A program made the translations under genes and the position numbers. The notes beneath the pieces were generated by a model. That model was not told the origin of the DNA, ran no database searches, and saw only the letters and a list, made by a program, of their open reading frames with translations. From Eledone cirrhosa (Eukaryota): a stretch of DNA of 64,000 nt. The stretch spans positions 302,064,001-302,128,000 of the forward strand of contig OZ024742.1 in assembly GCA_964016885.1 (NCBI GenBank), in the 5' to 3' direction. Shown piece after piece: positions 51,231 to 64,000 of the stretch (the first letter of the stretch is position 1; every line of letters begins with the position of its first letter).

Positions 51231-52112
51231 GTAAGTTAGAATTTCTTTGTTTTGTCACTTTTTAGTTTCTATTTCATTCCATTTCATCTACAGCTGTTTG
51301 TTTAAGATACTGGTACATTGAAGTAAAATCAACTATAGTGATATACAGAGGTAATAATGTTGACAATCGAATGGAGACAATGTAATGTTTGAGAGGACTT
51401 CACTCTGGTATAGCATGTGACAACCTCTCTAGTGTTATTTTAAAGTCTGTCTTAAGCCAGAAGGCTCGTTAGGCCAGTGCTTATCTTGGTTTCATGGCGT
51501 GAAGCGACTGAGAGTACAAGACTTCCCTCTACACAGGACGACAGTCCATCGCAGGGTTAAACCTCCAGCTATTGCTGGTACTCATTTTCAGCTGAGTATA
51601 TTGGAGCAACGTGAAATGAAGTGTTTTGCTCAAGAACACAACACGCAGCCCAGGAATCGAACCCTCGACATTATGATTGTAAGTCCAACACCCTTATCAT
51701 TTGGCCACACACCTCCACAACCCGTCTAACCCATGCAAAATAGATGTTAAATGGTGATATCATGGACAAGTGACATTTACCATAACGCCATCGGTGAAAC
51801 TGGGTGGATGGAAACTGTTTGGAAGCATGTTGGATGGACAGTAGCTGTAATTCAAAGAGCCACTCTGTGTCATTGTTGAATCTCCGAGAATTATGTTACG
51901 GGTACACATGTCTGTGGGATGCTCAGTGACTTACACATTAATTTTATGAGCAGGCTGTTTGTTGATCAAACAAGTGAACCACTCATCGTTGAAACTGGAG
52001 ACCTAATCTATAAATACAATCAACAAAATAACTTGAAATTGTTGTTTTCAAACAGAAGTTACCAGAATATTCTAGTGTTTCTTTGTTTGTTTGTTTATTT
52101 ATTTCCTTCTAG

Positions 52113-52350
52113 TACGTCGGTAAAACAATATACATTGACTTCCGGGTAGAAATATTTGAAAAGGTTGAGAAAATAGGTTCCAAAGTAAACACATATACAA
52201 TGTGGGTGACTGAAGAAGATCAAACTCCAGTTCGTTTTGAAATGATGGGCTTTGATTCATTATTGGGTTCACATTATGACAAATACATTATAAACTACAG
52301 TGTCTTCAATAAAGGACCACCAGATCCCAGCCATTTTGTTATTCCATCAA
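52113..52350 (+). CDS. 26/29-kDa proteinase-like cathepsin, exon 4
   Basis: TTCTAG|TAC...TCA A|GTAAG; YVGKT...KVNTYTMWV...PVRFEMMGFDSLLGSHYDKYIINY, a motif typical of the 26/29-kDa proteinase N-terminal domain. Confidence 0.94.
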
Positions 52351-53119
52351 GTAAGTTATTTTAATCTTTTTCTTTAAAAAAAATCGAAACATAACAAACT
52401 TTTAACTTAACCTTTTCTTCATTTTAGATCAATATTTTTCCATTTCATGTTAGCGTACTATGGGCATGTGGTTAGAATGTCTCAGGAAAGAATTACTGGA
52501 CAGATTTTATGGGAAAAACCAACCGGCAAGAGACCCAGGGGTAGATTCCAAGCAAGATGGCTGAATAACATCCATGAGCTTGGCTGGTCAAGCTTGGGGA
52601 TCCAACCTGATCAGCTAGAGATAATTGCTTCTGACAGGACCCACTGGAGGGAGTGTTTGGGGACTGCCCCCACGACCCTCTTAGCAATAAGTGGGAGAAG
52701 AAGATGTTAGCATAGTTGGAACTGTTTCATTGAATCTTGCTTTTAGCCCTTTCATTACTATATTTCTTATGTAAAACATTGCCTTTCATTTTGAAAATAA
52801 TCAAGAATTTGGAAAGATTTAGTAATATAACTAATGTTCTCATTATATTAATATTTGGAACATAACTTAACAAAGGTGCCTAGATAGAATTTTGATTTTA
52901 TTTATTTATTTTTATTCATTTATTTTTCATTTATTTTTCATTTATTTATTTTTTTAGATAAGTATATACACTTCAACTCTTTTGTTACTATATTTCTAAT
53001 GAGAGACACTTCCTATCATTCTGAAAATAATCAAGAATTTGGGGGGATTTAGTAATATAATAAACTTTCTCATTATTAAACTAGTATTTGAATCAAACAA
53101 TCAAAACCAGTTCTGGTTC

Positions 53120-55203
53120 TAATAATAATGAAATTATTGTGTAAAGTGCTCAGGTGCACTACAACTCGTCAAAGGTGTATGTATAGTACATAGAATAATA
53201 CACAAATGTCAGGGAAGTGAATAGTGTATGAGTCATGGTATACATGTGTGTATGTGTATGGAGGGGGAACATTAGCTGTAGTGTTGGCGGATCTCGGGAA
53301 GCATGGAGGCCTTAAAGGATGCAGTGTCTTGACAGCTAACAACCGATGCAGGTAGTTTGTTCCATGCTTCAGCAACTCTGAGCATGAAAAAATGTTTCCG
53401 AAAGTCATGGGAACTGTGCTGTTTTCTGACTTTGTGGGCATGTCCACGTGTGTTAGACACATGGAAATCAAAAAGGTACTCAGGGTTGTTGTTGGCAAGA
53501 TGGTTAACAATTTTGTGGGTGTTTACCAAGTCAGTTGCCAGGCGTTGGAGCTTCAATGTATCCATGCCCAGGGAAGCATGGCGCTCAGAGTATGGTAGAT
53601 GCCTGATGGAGGGTATTCGCTTGGTTGCATGTCTCTGAACAGTTTCCAGGCGGTCAATGTTCTGAGTAAGATAGGGGTTCCAGACTGGTGATGCAAATTC
53701 TAAGTGTGGCCGCACCATAGCCATGTACAGCCTTAAATAGATATCTGGAGAGCGGCTGACAAAGGTCTTGCTGAGTGATGCTAAGACACCCTCGGCCCTC
53801 TTGACAATTTTAGAGACGTGCTTCGTTCAACGCAAATCGCTGCTGACCGTAAAGCCCAGGTCACGTTCACAAGAAGACTTCTTGATATTAGTGCTGTGGA
53901 GGGAGTATGTGGACGCTGGGTTTTTACTCCCAAAATGCATGGTGGTGCACTTGTCCACAGCTAGCTTGAGTTGCCAATCTGAGATCCATTGTTGCATTGT
54001 GTTCAGGTCAGACTGCAAGCAAGATCTATAGTGTTCAGGATCTGTCCTTTTTATCTCAAGGTACAGCTTGATGTCATCTGCGTACTTTAGTACCATGGCA
54101 TTCTTTAAGTTGGCATCTATGTCATTAATACATGCCACAAACAAAAGGGGGCCAAGAACAGATCCCTGTGGTACACCAGATGACATCTCATATGGTGAGG
54201 AATGCTGTCCCAGAACCGTGACTACCTCTCTTCGACTGAGAATGAAGGACTTCAACCAGTTAAAAAGATCATCCTTCACACCCATTGCAGAGAGTTTTGC
54301 CATAAGCCTTTTGTGTGGCACAGAATTGAAGGCTTTCGTAAAGTCAAGGTAAACAACATCCACCCATGAGTCACTATCAGTGATCCGGGTGATGTCCTCA
54401 AGAAACTCTATAAGTTGATCACAGCAGCTGGAGTTGGGGATAAATCCAAATTGCGAGGGCCGGATAAGACTGTGAGAGCTCCAGAAGTTCCAAAGTGTTT
54501 CTCTGACACAGGATTCCATCAGTTTGGCAATGCAACTAGTAAGACTGACTGGACGATAGTTCACAGGTGATGTGCGGTCGCCCTTTTTGAACAGAGGAAT
54601 GACACTGGCAGTTTTCCACTGTTCTGGAGTAGCACCGTTGTTCAGACAGAATTGGAAGAAGCGTGATAACTGGTGCAGAAGGAAGTACCCACCACGTTTA
54701 AGAAGCAGGTACGTAACACCATTAAGACCAGGAGAGGCATGGTTGCGTTTATTTTTTAGGTGACGTCGCAGCATTGCAGGTGTAAATTCCATGGTTGTAA
54801 TAGAGTCCGGTGTCATAGGTGGTGGAGATGGTACACTCTGGTCTTCAATAGTGAAAATGCCTGCATAGCATTCAACAATGAGCTCTGCGCATTCCTTGGG
54901 GTCGTCAGTAACCTGGCTTGTGTGGGAATTGCGAAGAGGACCAACTGGAGAGTGAGGCCTCTGCTTTGAGTGAACATACTTCCAGAACACCTTACTGTCA
55001 GGGCTGGTTGTTATGCGCTGCTCAAATTGAAGCACTGCCTTTTTTGTCACCTGTTTGAGGTGGTTGGACGATCTATTTCGCCTCTTCCTATTAATGTCTG
55101 ATTTGTGAAGTTTGTACTCACGTTCAGCATTGCGCCGTTCTTTTCTGGCAAGACGGACTGCTGCAGTCTCCCAAATTGCACTTTTGGGATGTTTTTTTAA
55201 CAA
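53120..55203 (-). mobile_element. 5'-truncated CR1-clade LINE, RT nearly intact, antisense in intron 4
   Basis: PLFKKGDR..NYRPVSLTS, QFGF, YLDFTKAFNSVPH, SGVPQGSVLGPLLF, KYADD, ERDLG. One in-frame stop at 53827, then the same frame continues MVRPHLEFASPVWNPY...; (ATT)n tail. Confidence 0.95.
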
Positions 55204-55426
55204 CCAGAACCACCAATCTTAAAGTGTTCCTATTTAAATTAAAACCTCCCAACACTATTATAATGAATCATATTAAGTAATGATTTAATGAATAATTTTA
55301 GTAAATCCCTCCAAATGTTTCACTAATGAATTGAAATAGAGTATTTTATTAGAAATATAGTAACAAAAGGGTTAAATCATCTGAGAATTTGACTTGCTAC
55401 ATTTTTCTTTTTTATTCCTCCAATAG

Positions 55427-55619
55427 CATTAACCTGTACTGGGTTTCCTGGGCCTGGCGAGAAACACCTAGCATCAATGAACCCCATGTTGGAGCTGGTT
55501 GAGAGGAAAACCTCCTATGTTGATGATATGTTTGAAGAATTTAAGCAGAATCACAACAAATCCTACACTGATGAAAAAGAACATGGTCGACGCAAACACA
55601 ACTTTTTGCAAAATCTTCG
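55427..55619 (+). CDS. 26/29-kDa proteinase-like cathepsin, exon 5 (start of I29 propeptide)
   Basis: AATAG|CA...CTT CG|GTAAG; TLTCTGFPGPG..MNPMLELV...FEEFKQNHNKSY...EHGRRKHNFLQNLR (ERFNIN motif spans exons 5-6). Confidence 0.94.
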
Positions 55620-55847
55620 GTAAGTTTTGTTGTTGACATTCTTGTTATGGTTTGTTTATTGTTACTACTACTACTACTACCATCACCACTGCTTATCCTT
55701 ATCCCTACTGCAACTATTATCACTACCATCACTATTGCTAATACCACCAAGTTTTTTCCTCTCTCCTTTTTAACCCTTTTCTTAGGCAACCATCTGAAAC
55801 AACCCCTGGTTCTATAATATAAAACTGTTCATTTTAAAGTGTTTATA

Positions 55848-57469
55848 TTAGGTTCAGAAACAAATGCAGGTTTTTAAGCGTTAACATTGAAATAAAATAT
55901 CTCAGTCCAAAATAAATTTTATTGATTGAAATACAAACCATTAGAATCTACACATTTTTGCTAACAAGATATATTTATTTATTCTGGTAACATAGAAATT
56001 TGAAGTTCTGGAGGCGATGAATTTCTTTAATGGTATTTTTTGCGGTTGTATGATTGTTGAAGACGTTTGCTTGCAATTCATCATCGAAATGCTTGATAAA
56101 GTAGTAGTCGGTTGGTGAAAGACCAGTGAGTATGCTAGATAAGGTGGAATTTCATAGCCCAATTCATTCAACTTCTGGAACATTGGTTGTGTGATGCATT
56201 TGTCATGCAAGAAGCTTGGAACTTTTGACCAATGCTGGATACATACATACTTAAAACATTTCATCGATTTTTGAGACAATATTTCTCTGCTGTGTTTAGC
56301 AGGACTCAGAAAGTGGTGAACCACCAAAAGGTCACCACAACCATCTTTTGGTGCAACTTTGGCTCTGGAAAATGCTTAGGTGCTTCAGCTTGATCCAACC
56401 ACTCTGCTGTACATTGTCAGTTCTTGCATAGTATCCACTTTTCATCACATGACACAATATGATCAAGAAATGGGTTGTTTTTTGTTGTGCAAAAGAAGTG
56501 AAGAACAGACTTCATAGCAGCGATTCTTTTTCTTTTTTTCTCTTTTTTTATCCTCAGTTTTCGCTCAATTCATGTGGCACCCATTTTTTAAAGTTTCTTC
56601 AGTTTTCCCATTCTGTTCATTTGTTTATAAATTGTTCTAATGCTACATTTTGACCAAGATTCGTCAACACTACACCTAATGTTCCCCCTCCATACACATA
56701 CCCACATGTATATCATGACTCATACACTATTCACTTCCCTGACATTTGTATATTATTCTATGTACTATACATGCACCTTTGACGAGTGTTGTAGTGCACC
56801 TGAGCACTTTACACAATAATTTAATTATTATTATTACATCTAGCTCTCCTGCAAGCTCTTGAATAGTTACGTGAAGATTTGCTCCTGTCAATACTTTCAA
56901 TTAATTGTTGTCAATAGCAGGACATTTGCAACATTCTTTATCTTCAAGAGTGAATTCATGACGACTGAATGTTTGAAAGCAACATTGCACTGTGAATTCA
57001 TTAACACTTCTTTGGCCCCATGCTTCATTGATGTTTCTAGCCATTTGTGCTGCACTGTAGACACTTTTAAACTTATAGTAATGAGTGGGGAGATAAGAAC
57101 AGAGAGGGAGAAAGAAAGAGATGAAGTGGTATTGTTACTTGGGTTATAAGCTAATAAAAACATGTATAATGTTATAGTTATATGCTCCAGTCTTACTAAA
57201 CCTTATCAGCAAAGTAAAGGCTATCCGTAAGTGTAACATTCTAGAATGACTAGCTAGATATAGATTTCTCTGGCGAAAATCCTGTTTTGACATCTTAACT
57301 TCATGAATCGAAAAATCGACAAAAATGCAATTCATGTTAAAAATGGATTATATAAAAAGACCATAAAATAATCTTAAAATGATACATAATTTGACACACC
57401 TTGCATTTATACTTAAAATGTTCAAACAAATAAAAACATAAAACTTGCATTAATTTCTGAACAACCTAA
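55848..57469 (-). mobile_element. Degenerate mariner (Hsmar1/cecropia-like) in intron 5
   Basis: TA|TTAGGTTCAGAAACAAATGCA ... TGCATTAATTTCTGAACAACCTAA|TA; peptide QKLNELGYEIPPYLAYS and a WLDQAEAPKHFPEPKLHQKM-like segment. Confidence 0.85.
56652..56835 (+). mobile_element. CR1 3'-end fragment inserted in the mariner
   Basis: Reverse complement of ~53120-53300 (CTAATGTTCCCCCTCC...GCACCTGAGCACTTTACACAATAAT(ATT)n). Confidence 0.88.
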
Positions 57470-57690
57470 TATTTATCTAGACATTTTTATTATTTTAGGT
57501 CAGAACCGTTAAGTTACAAACACCAGCTTAATAATGTGGAAGTTATATAACTAAATCCCTCTAAATTTTCAAAATGATTTGAAAATCATGAGCAGTGCCT
57601 TTCATTAGAAATAGGGTAACAAAAGGATTAAAATGTCTATTTTGACATCGCTAGTGTTGTGTTTACAGATTTGACTCTTTCTTTTTCCAG

Positions 57691-57884
57691 TTACATTGAT
57701 TCCAAGAATCGTGCCGGTCTCACATATACCCTGGCTGTTAATCATTTGGCTGATTATACTGCTGCTGAGATGAAGGTTCTGCGAGGTTTCAAGAAATCGT
57801 CTCAGAAGAACAATGGACTCCCATTTGATGAAACTCTTATTAATGATCCTTCCATCCCCGACACAAAAGACTGGAGGCTAGATG
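57691..57884 (+). CDS. 26/29-kDa proteinase-like cathepsin, exon 6
   Basis: TTCCAG|T TAC...GAT G|GTAAG; YIDSKNRAGLTYTLAVNHLADYTAAEM...IPDTKDWRLDG (GNFD-like AVNHLAD; mature-enzyme start P...DWR). Confidence 0.95.
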
Positions 57885-58493
57885 GTAAGTACTTTTGTAT
57901 GTATAACATAGGTGTATATAGTTAGTGTTTTTCTATGCGTGTATAACATAGGTGTATATTGTTAGTGCTTCTCTATATATGTAGAATAGAGGTGTATATG
58001 GTTACTATTTCTCTATGTAGATTAGAGGTTTATATGGTTCTCTAATTAGAACAGAGGTGTAAATGAAAGAATATACAATATATTTAGGTATCTAATAAAC
58101 ATATTATATTTCAATATGAGTGTTTTAAGCTATTGTCATGTCATAGTTACCTCAGTAGGAGTGAGAGCTTAAAACACCCATAGTTAAACCTATGTATGTT
58201 TATTATACATAAACATAATGTATATTATTCCATATACACCTCTATTATGAATCATGCTGTCCTGGTGTTACTGCTAATCTATGTATATGAGTGTGTAATA
58301 GTGTGTCTTAGTTAAGGTTATATACATCTTGCAGTTGTGAGGTTGATTCCTAGTTGTGCATTGTGTCATTGAGCAAGACACTTTATTTCATGTTGCTCTT
58401 GTACACTCAACTAGCAAAAATAATGAGTTGTAATGTAATTCAAATGGCTAGCCTTGTCACACATTGTGTTACATTGAATCTCTCTGTGAACTA

Positions 58494-59017
58494 CAGGGTG
58501 ATTGAAAAGAAACTCCCTATTGAATGCTGTAAGGTACCTCACCATGCTGCAAGATGAAATCTGGCCAGTTATCAGTATTTGGGAGAATATTGAAGATTTG
58601 ATTTTGCTATTGTTGTTCGTGAATGGCTGAATGCCCACTTCCCTGGGAGATGGATGGATCGACGTGGTCGATATGAGTGGCCAGCCAGAAGCCCTGAGTC
58701 GACAACCTGCGACTTTTTTTCTTTGGGGTTGGTTAAAGGAGCAAGTCTACTTTACCAAACCAACGACTTTGGAAGAACTTGAAGGGCAAATATGAGAAGT
58801 TATGTCTTCGATTCCACAACAAGAGTTCCTGGTGTAATCAGTTGATGCAGTTACTGGGCTGCTTGAGAAGCTGGTGGCGAATGCTGGTGCCTATATCGAA
58901 TTTTAAATAAAACTCCTTGCTATACGCTTTCTTCTCATATTCATTTCTTGTAAAAATTATGGTTAAGAAATAAATTAAAAGAATTTTAAAATAGGGAGTT
59001 AGTTTTCATTCACCCTG
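58494..59017 (+). mobile_element. Internally deleted Tc1/mariner-superfamily element (rosa/DD41D-like motif), nested in a SINE
   Basis: TA|CAGGGTGATTGAAAAGAAACTCCCTATT ... AATAGGGAGTTAGTTTTCATTCACCCTG|TA; WLNAHFPGRWMDRRGRYEWPARSPESTTCDFF/LWGWLKEQVY. Confidence 0.85.
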
Positions 59018-60302
59018 TATGTTAAATGTACATGTTCCTGTGGAATGCTCAGCTGCTTGCATGTTAGTCTCACAAGTAGGTTCCATTTACTGAGCAATTG
59101 AGACACTCTTTGTCAGGACCAGCAGTTACAACAATGTGCATGTGTGTTCATTGTATTAGTATTTGTGGTAGTAGTAGTGGTGGTATTAATAGTAGTGGTA
59201 GTAGTCACAGTTTTACACAAATAAAAATCTACAATTTAACATCCTGGTCAATGTAACATGACCTGTGGTGCAGTAAATAAATATATACATATACACCTGG
59301 TCTGAACTCAAAGGAACCGAACTCCCACTATTACTGCCTCCATCTCTTCCCATCCCTCACTATTATGAGCAAATGGGGGCACGCTGGCCACTCTGCAGCC
59401 CCGGTAGACAGATTAGAGAATGCGTTTCCCTGGAGGATGGTGAGGGAGACGTGCTGGAAGAGCCATTCCAGCTCGTGGGGCTCATACCTGCGGGTAGTCA
59501 ATTCTGTGCTGATGGTGGTGAGTAGGGAAGTGGCTCTAGGGCCATATTGTTTAATTCCAGGTTAGCTATGACCAGCCCATACTTAATTTTTTTTTTCTAG
59601 ACATAGGTTATTGAAGCTCACACTATCCAATGTATCCTTTGTTTTTGAAACAATTGACTGTTCTTTAACCCTTTAGCATTTACATTACTCTATATTTATT
59701 ATGTGGTAAAGGCTTTATCTCACATAATTATCTTGCATAATATCGCTATTATTTATATTGAGAACTACTTTAACATAAATATGAGTGGCTGGTTATAGAG
59801 AATTCTGGTCGGATATGGCCAGTTTAAATGCTAAAGGGTTAAGGACGTTTTGGCTGCTATTTCTACCAAGTTGTATGACCACATAGATATGACGATGTTT
59901 GAAATTGGTTAAAGCAACTTTGTTGAGTTTTGTTTTACATGTAGTGTCCAACCCTTTTAGCAGGGAAAATGGACATTCAATGATGATGATGATGTGTAAT
60001 AAAGTGGTTAATTGGCAGTCGTTAAAACATAGGTCAAAATACTTTGTGACTCACTGCACTCTGAATTCAAATCCTACCCGGGTAAAGTTGGCTTTTCATC
60101 CTATTTTTGAAGTGGGGAAGGGGTTGATAAGATAAAGTATTGCTCAAGGGTGGTGGACTGGCTAAATTGTTAGCATATTAGAATGGAATGTTTTAATGAG
60201 ACCTTTTTAAAATAGGCAGGTTTGTATAACATAATGATAGATGGATTCAGGCTGGTTGGTATGAAAAAAGGTTAATGTTGTGTTTGTCTTCATTTATTTC
60301 AG

Positions 60303-60394
60303 GAGCTGTAACTCAGGTGAAAGACCAAGCTGTTTGTGGTTCTTGTTGGAGTTTTGGTACAACAGGGACTATTGAGGGAGCTTATTTCTTGAAG
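60303..60394 (+). CDS. 26/29-kDa proteinase-like cathepsin, exon 7 (oxyanion Gln and catalytic Cys)
   Basis: TTTCAG|GA...AAG|GTGAG; [31 protein letters not shown]. Confidence 0.97.
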
Positions 60395-60416
60395 GTGAGG
60401 CACTCAAAGTTTGTAC

Positions 60417-60458
<42 letters not shown>

Positions 60459-60869
60459 CCACTTTTAAACTAGTTAGGCCATTACTCAACAGAGTACTCG
60501 ATACTTGGGATAGTAGAGTATGGTTATGTTAGAAAGAGTATGGGCCTAATGGCTGAGCTCTTGCCATTTATAAATTAATATTGGTGTTCCAACATAACAT
60601 TATACACATATATGTATGTGTTGTATATTGAATAAAGTGCAAGATGTTTGAAAAACATTTGGCAGCCTTCTGCTGTGAATTTTTAAAGTTGTGACCACTG
60701 TCACACATCCTAGGTCTCAGCAAAAAGGGGAATCAACTGACAACGTTGTTTCTCACTTGTTGGCTGTTGTCAAGGCTGCATATCCACCTAGTTACTGCTG
60801 AGATAAAAATAAGCTAGAATCTTATAGATCTCTTGCTTATGTATATGAGCTGATGCTCATTTGCATATG

Positions 60870-61090
60870 GAATCAGAAGTAGTGTGCAAGAGAGGAGACT
60901 GCATTGGTATGGACATATGATGTGCATGGATGATGATTGCTGAGTGAAGAAGTGCCAAGTAATCCCAGTAGAAGGAAGATTTGGATGGAAAAGGTGAAAG
61001 TTGATCTTAGATCGCTGAAGCTCATGGAGAGGTGCTGTACTGAAAAGGACTCGTCCAATCCATGGAACAATGGACATAAAATGATGATGA
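60870..61090 (+). mobile_element. Degenerate RTE 3' fragment
   Basis: Matches 22830-23110 (GTGCAAGAGAGGAGACTGCATTGGTATGGACAT...). Confidence 0.7.
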
Positions 61091-62723
61091 GTATATATTT
61101 ATAGCAGATAAGCCATTTTCTACAGTTTAGTTATTTTAGTGTCACTTGGAATAGAGAATACTTTGGTATATCTTCTGTATATAGTTGATGTTAACTATTG
61201 TTGATATATTTAACACTTTTAATACCTGCAACCAGTAGATAGTATCAGCAATGGAAAGACCAATGGAAACATTGTTTCTTTGGTCCAATTTGTTGAGTTC
61301 CACCTCACTATATAAGCGATTGATATCTGGGATCATCCCAAACCACCTCAAGTTTTATACATCAGCCATTTTAAAATGCTTATATTTAACCCTTTAGCAT
61401 TTACATTATTCTATATTTACTATCATATTTTTATGGTAAAGGCTTTCTCACATAATATCGAATCTACGGGATTTTGATATTATTTATTTTTAGCACAATA
61501 CCTTAACATAAGTATGAGTGGCCGGATATAGCCAGTTTGAACAGAAAGAGGTAAGAGAATTCTGGCCAGATACGGCTGGATTAAATGCTAAAGGGTTTAG
61601 TTAAAGTTGCACATCATAATTTTATCTCAGAATATTTTGTTTTAAACAAATTTACTGACAATTAATTGAAAATATATCGGCTGAGTATCTCATCAGAAAT
61701 ATGGTAATGAGAGGATTAAATAACTGTTAATGAGATTGGTAATTTAGTTAATTTTGGGGGGTTTTAAATTTCAAATTGAAGAAATTAAAGAGCGTTATAA
61801 GGATTGCTTGAGAATTAGAATTGAAGAAGAATTTTAATTGAAATTTGATAAAGAATTAAGATTTCAGTTTTTATGGTTTATGGAGTGTTAGTGAGTTTAA
61901 ATTTCATTTTAAGTTTTGAAAAAAAAAAAATTTTTTTTCCTTTCTTCTCTAATCTTGGTTTATAAAATGTCTAACTTTTATCAAATTTCCATTTTTATAA
62001 ATTTAATGATCTTTTATATTGATAAGTCACTTAGCTCTTGAGACTGTATAGTTTTGTGTACTGATGGTCAGTTGTGGGCATGCGTGTACATATGCACAAG
62101 TAATTTTGTGTGTATAGTGGTGAATGCCATTATTGTGGGGTTGTGAGTAATGCATTGGAAGTGGAAGGGTATAGTGACCTCACATTAGTTGAAAGAATCA
62201 ACTGAAGCTCACTCTCTCGTGTCCCATTTATCACACAGACAAGATGGGTTTTCAAGGATCCTGTGTAAAACTCTAAATTTCTGACCAGAGTTTGGCTGAG
62301 CACGATTTTTGGGTTGTCCAACTAGAGATGACCAATAAAAACCACTGAAGTGATTTTTTTTTCTTTTGTTTTCTAACACAATTATAATTAAAACTTTTTT
62401 AAGACTGTCTCAAACCTGGAGGCTCATTAGGCTAGTGCCTATCCAAGTTTCTTTGATGTTAAGTAACTGAGAGTACAAGACTTTCTCCTGGACATGATGC
62501 CAATCCATTGCAGAGTTAAACCCCAAGCTACTGCTTGGTACTCATTTTCAGCTGAGTATACTAGAGCAATATGAAATGTGTTTTGCTCAAGAACACAACA
62601 CACAACCCAGTCCAGGAATCAAACCCATGACATTATCATCATTAGTTCAACACTCTAACCACTAGGCCACAATTCTTTCTGTTTTTTTAAATATCACAAA
62701 ACTATTTTATATATTTTTTGCAG

Positions 62724-62885
62724 ACTGGTCATTTGGTTCGATTGTCTCAACAAGAACTGATTGATTGTTCATGGGGTGAGGGTAACAATGGCTGTGATGG
62801 AGGTGAAGATTTCCGAGCCTACGATTGGATTATGAAGACAGGTGGACTGTCAAGTGAAGATTTATATGGACACTATCTTGCTGTT
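62724..62885 (+). CDS. 26/29-kDa proteinase-like cathepsin, exon 8; gene continues beyond the window
   Basis: TTGCAG|ACT...GCT GTT|GTAAG; TGHLVRLSQQELIDCSWGEGNNGCDGGEDFRAYDWIMKTGGLSSEDLYGHYLAV. The catalytic His/Asn exons are not seen. Confidence 0.97.
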
Positions 62886-63756
62886 GTAAGACTTGCTTTC
62901 AAATCTTTTTCTTCTTTCCTCATACAAAATTTCTGAATGTGTTTTATGCCTAAATTTCTGATATAAGTTATTATTTATCATCATCATCATTTAATGTCCC
63001 CTTTCCAAACTGGCATGGATTGGAAGGGATATCACACAGCATTGACAAGGTCCAGGGGGTCCTGGGGCCTAAGGGGACAGTGGGTGGTGTAGTAGATGAT
63101 ATAGTAGTATATTAAATATCAAATGATACACATTATATATATAGGCAAATAAAGAATATATGATATTTATTTATATATAGTATATATTATATTATTTATT
63201 CTAGCATAGTTACGTCCCTTTACAGTCTGAGTTCAAATCCCGGCGAGGTTAACTTTGCCTTTCATCCTTACGGGGTCGATAAAATAAAGTACCAGTAATA
63301 CACTGGGTAATTGCTGGCCTTGTACCTAAAGTAGAAACAGTTATATTATTTATATATAAATTAACAATTTTATTTATTATATATTATTTGCATGTAGGTA
63401 GGTCTCTTTGGAAATAGGGGCTAGCGGGCGCTGAGGGTATTACATGGCTGTGAGGGGGGGGGGGGGGGGGCAGGGGCAGTGGCCCTAAAAGTTCGAGAAC
63501 CTCTGCTTTACAACATGTACTGGGTCATTGATAGGCAAGACTGAAAGGTTCTCTCCAACCCAAGGGTGTGGAGTTTGAGCCCCTACCTCCTTTTTTTCAA
63601 TATTTAATCCCTCCCTATTTTTTCTTTTTTTTCCTGTTTATTATTTTAATCCTTTTTAAAAAAAAAAAAAACTTTCTTCACAGTAACTGATTGATTTTGA
63701 CCTTGTAACCTGGACTTCTGTTGTTACAGAGACCTTTCCACCATATTACTGCACGT

Positions 63757-64000
63757 CTCTCTCTGTCTCTCTGTCTCTCTGTCTGATGTATCTCTGTCTG
63801 TGTATCTCTCTGTCTGTCTGTGTGTATATCTCTCTGTCTGTCTGTGTGTATATCTCTCTGTCTGTCTGTGTGTATATCTGTCTGTCTGTCTGTCTGTCTG
63901 TGTGTATATCTCTCTGTCTCTCTCTGTGTATATCTCTGTCTGTGTATGTCTCTGTCTGTCTGTGTGTATATCTCTCTGTCTCTCTCTGTGTATATCTCTG
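63757..64000. repeat. Compound (CT)/(CTGT)/(GT)/(AT) minisatellite
   Basis: Direct reading: TCTCTGTCTGTCTGTGTGTATATC-type units. Confidence 0.9.

Overview
Eukaryotic, AT-rich, repeat-dense genomic DNA whose SINE, RTE and microsatellite content looks cephalopod/octopus-like (inference). 1-8.4 kb is a 41-42 bp subtelomere-type satellite carrying CCCTAA telomeric hexamers, with a 1592-bp higher-order period. 8.4-43 kb is intergenic: long (TA)n tracts hosting SINEs, RTE LINE fragments, a hAT/Buster element, a probable Helitron and a DD37D maT transposon. It also holds a dense cluster of elements carrying type I hammerhead ribozymes (HHR), many arranged as long palindromes or partial tandems, two next to GIY-YIG-like (Penelope) remnants. 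The centrepiece is a 5.9-kb array (35022-40895) of apparently identical 311-bp, highly self-complementary monomers. Each monomer holds one intact HHR; about 3 copies lie on the - strand and about 16 on the + strand, head-to-head, between (TA)n tracts. I interpret it as a retrozyme-like or Penelope-mobilised circular-RNA element integrated as a multimer (inference). 43.2-62.9 kb holds the first 8 coding exons (421 codons, all GT-AG and phase-consistent) of a papain-family 26/29-kDa proteinase / counting-factor-associated protein D-like cathepsin that continues past the window. Its introns contain nested CR1, mariner, Tc1-like and piggyBac-MITE insertions. All coordinates and alignments were read by eye.
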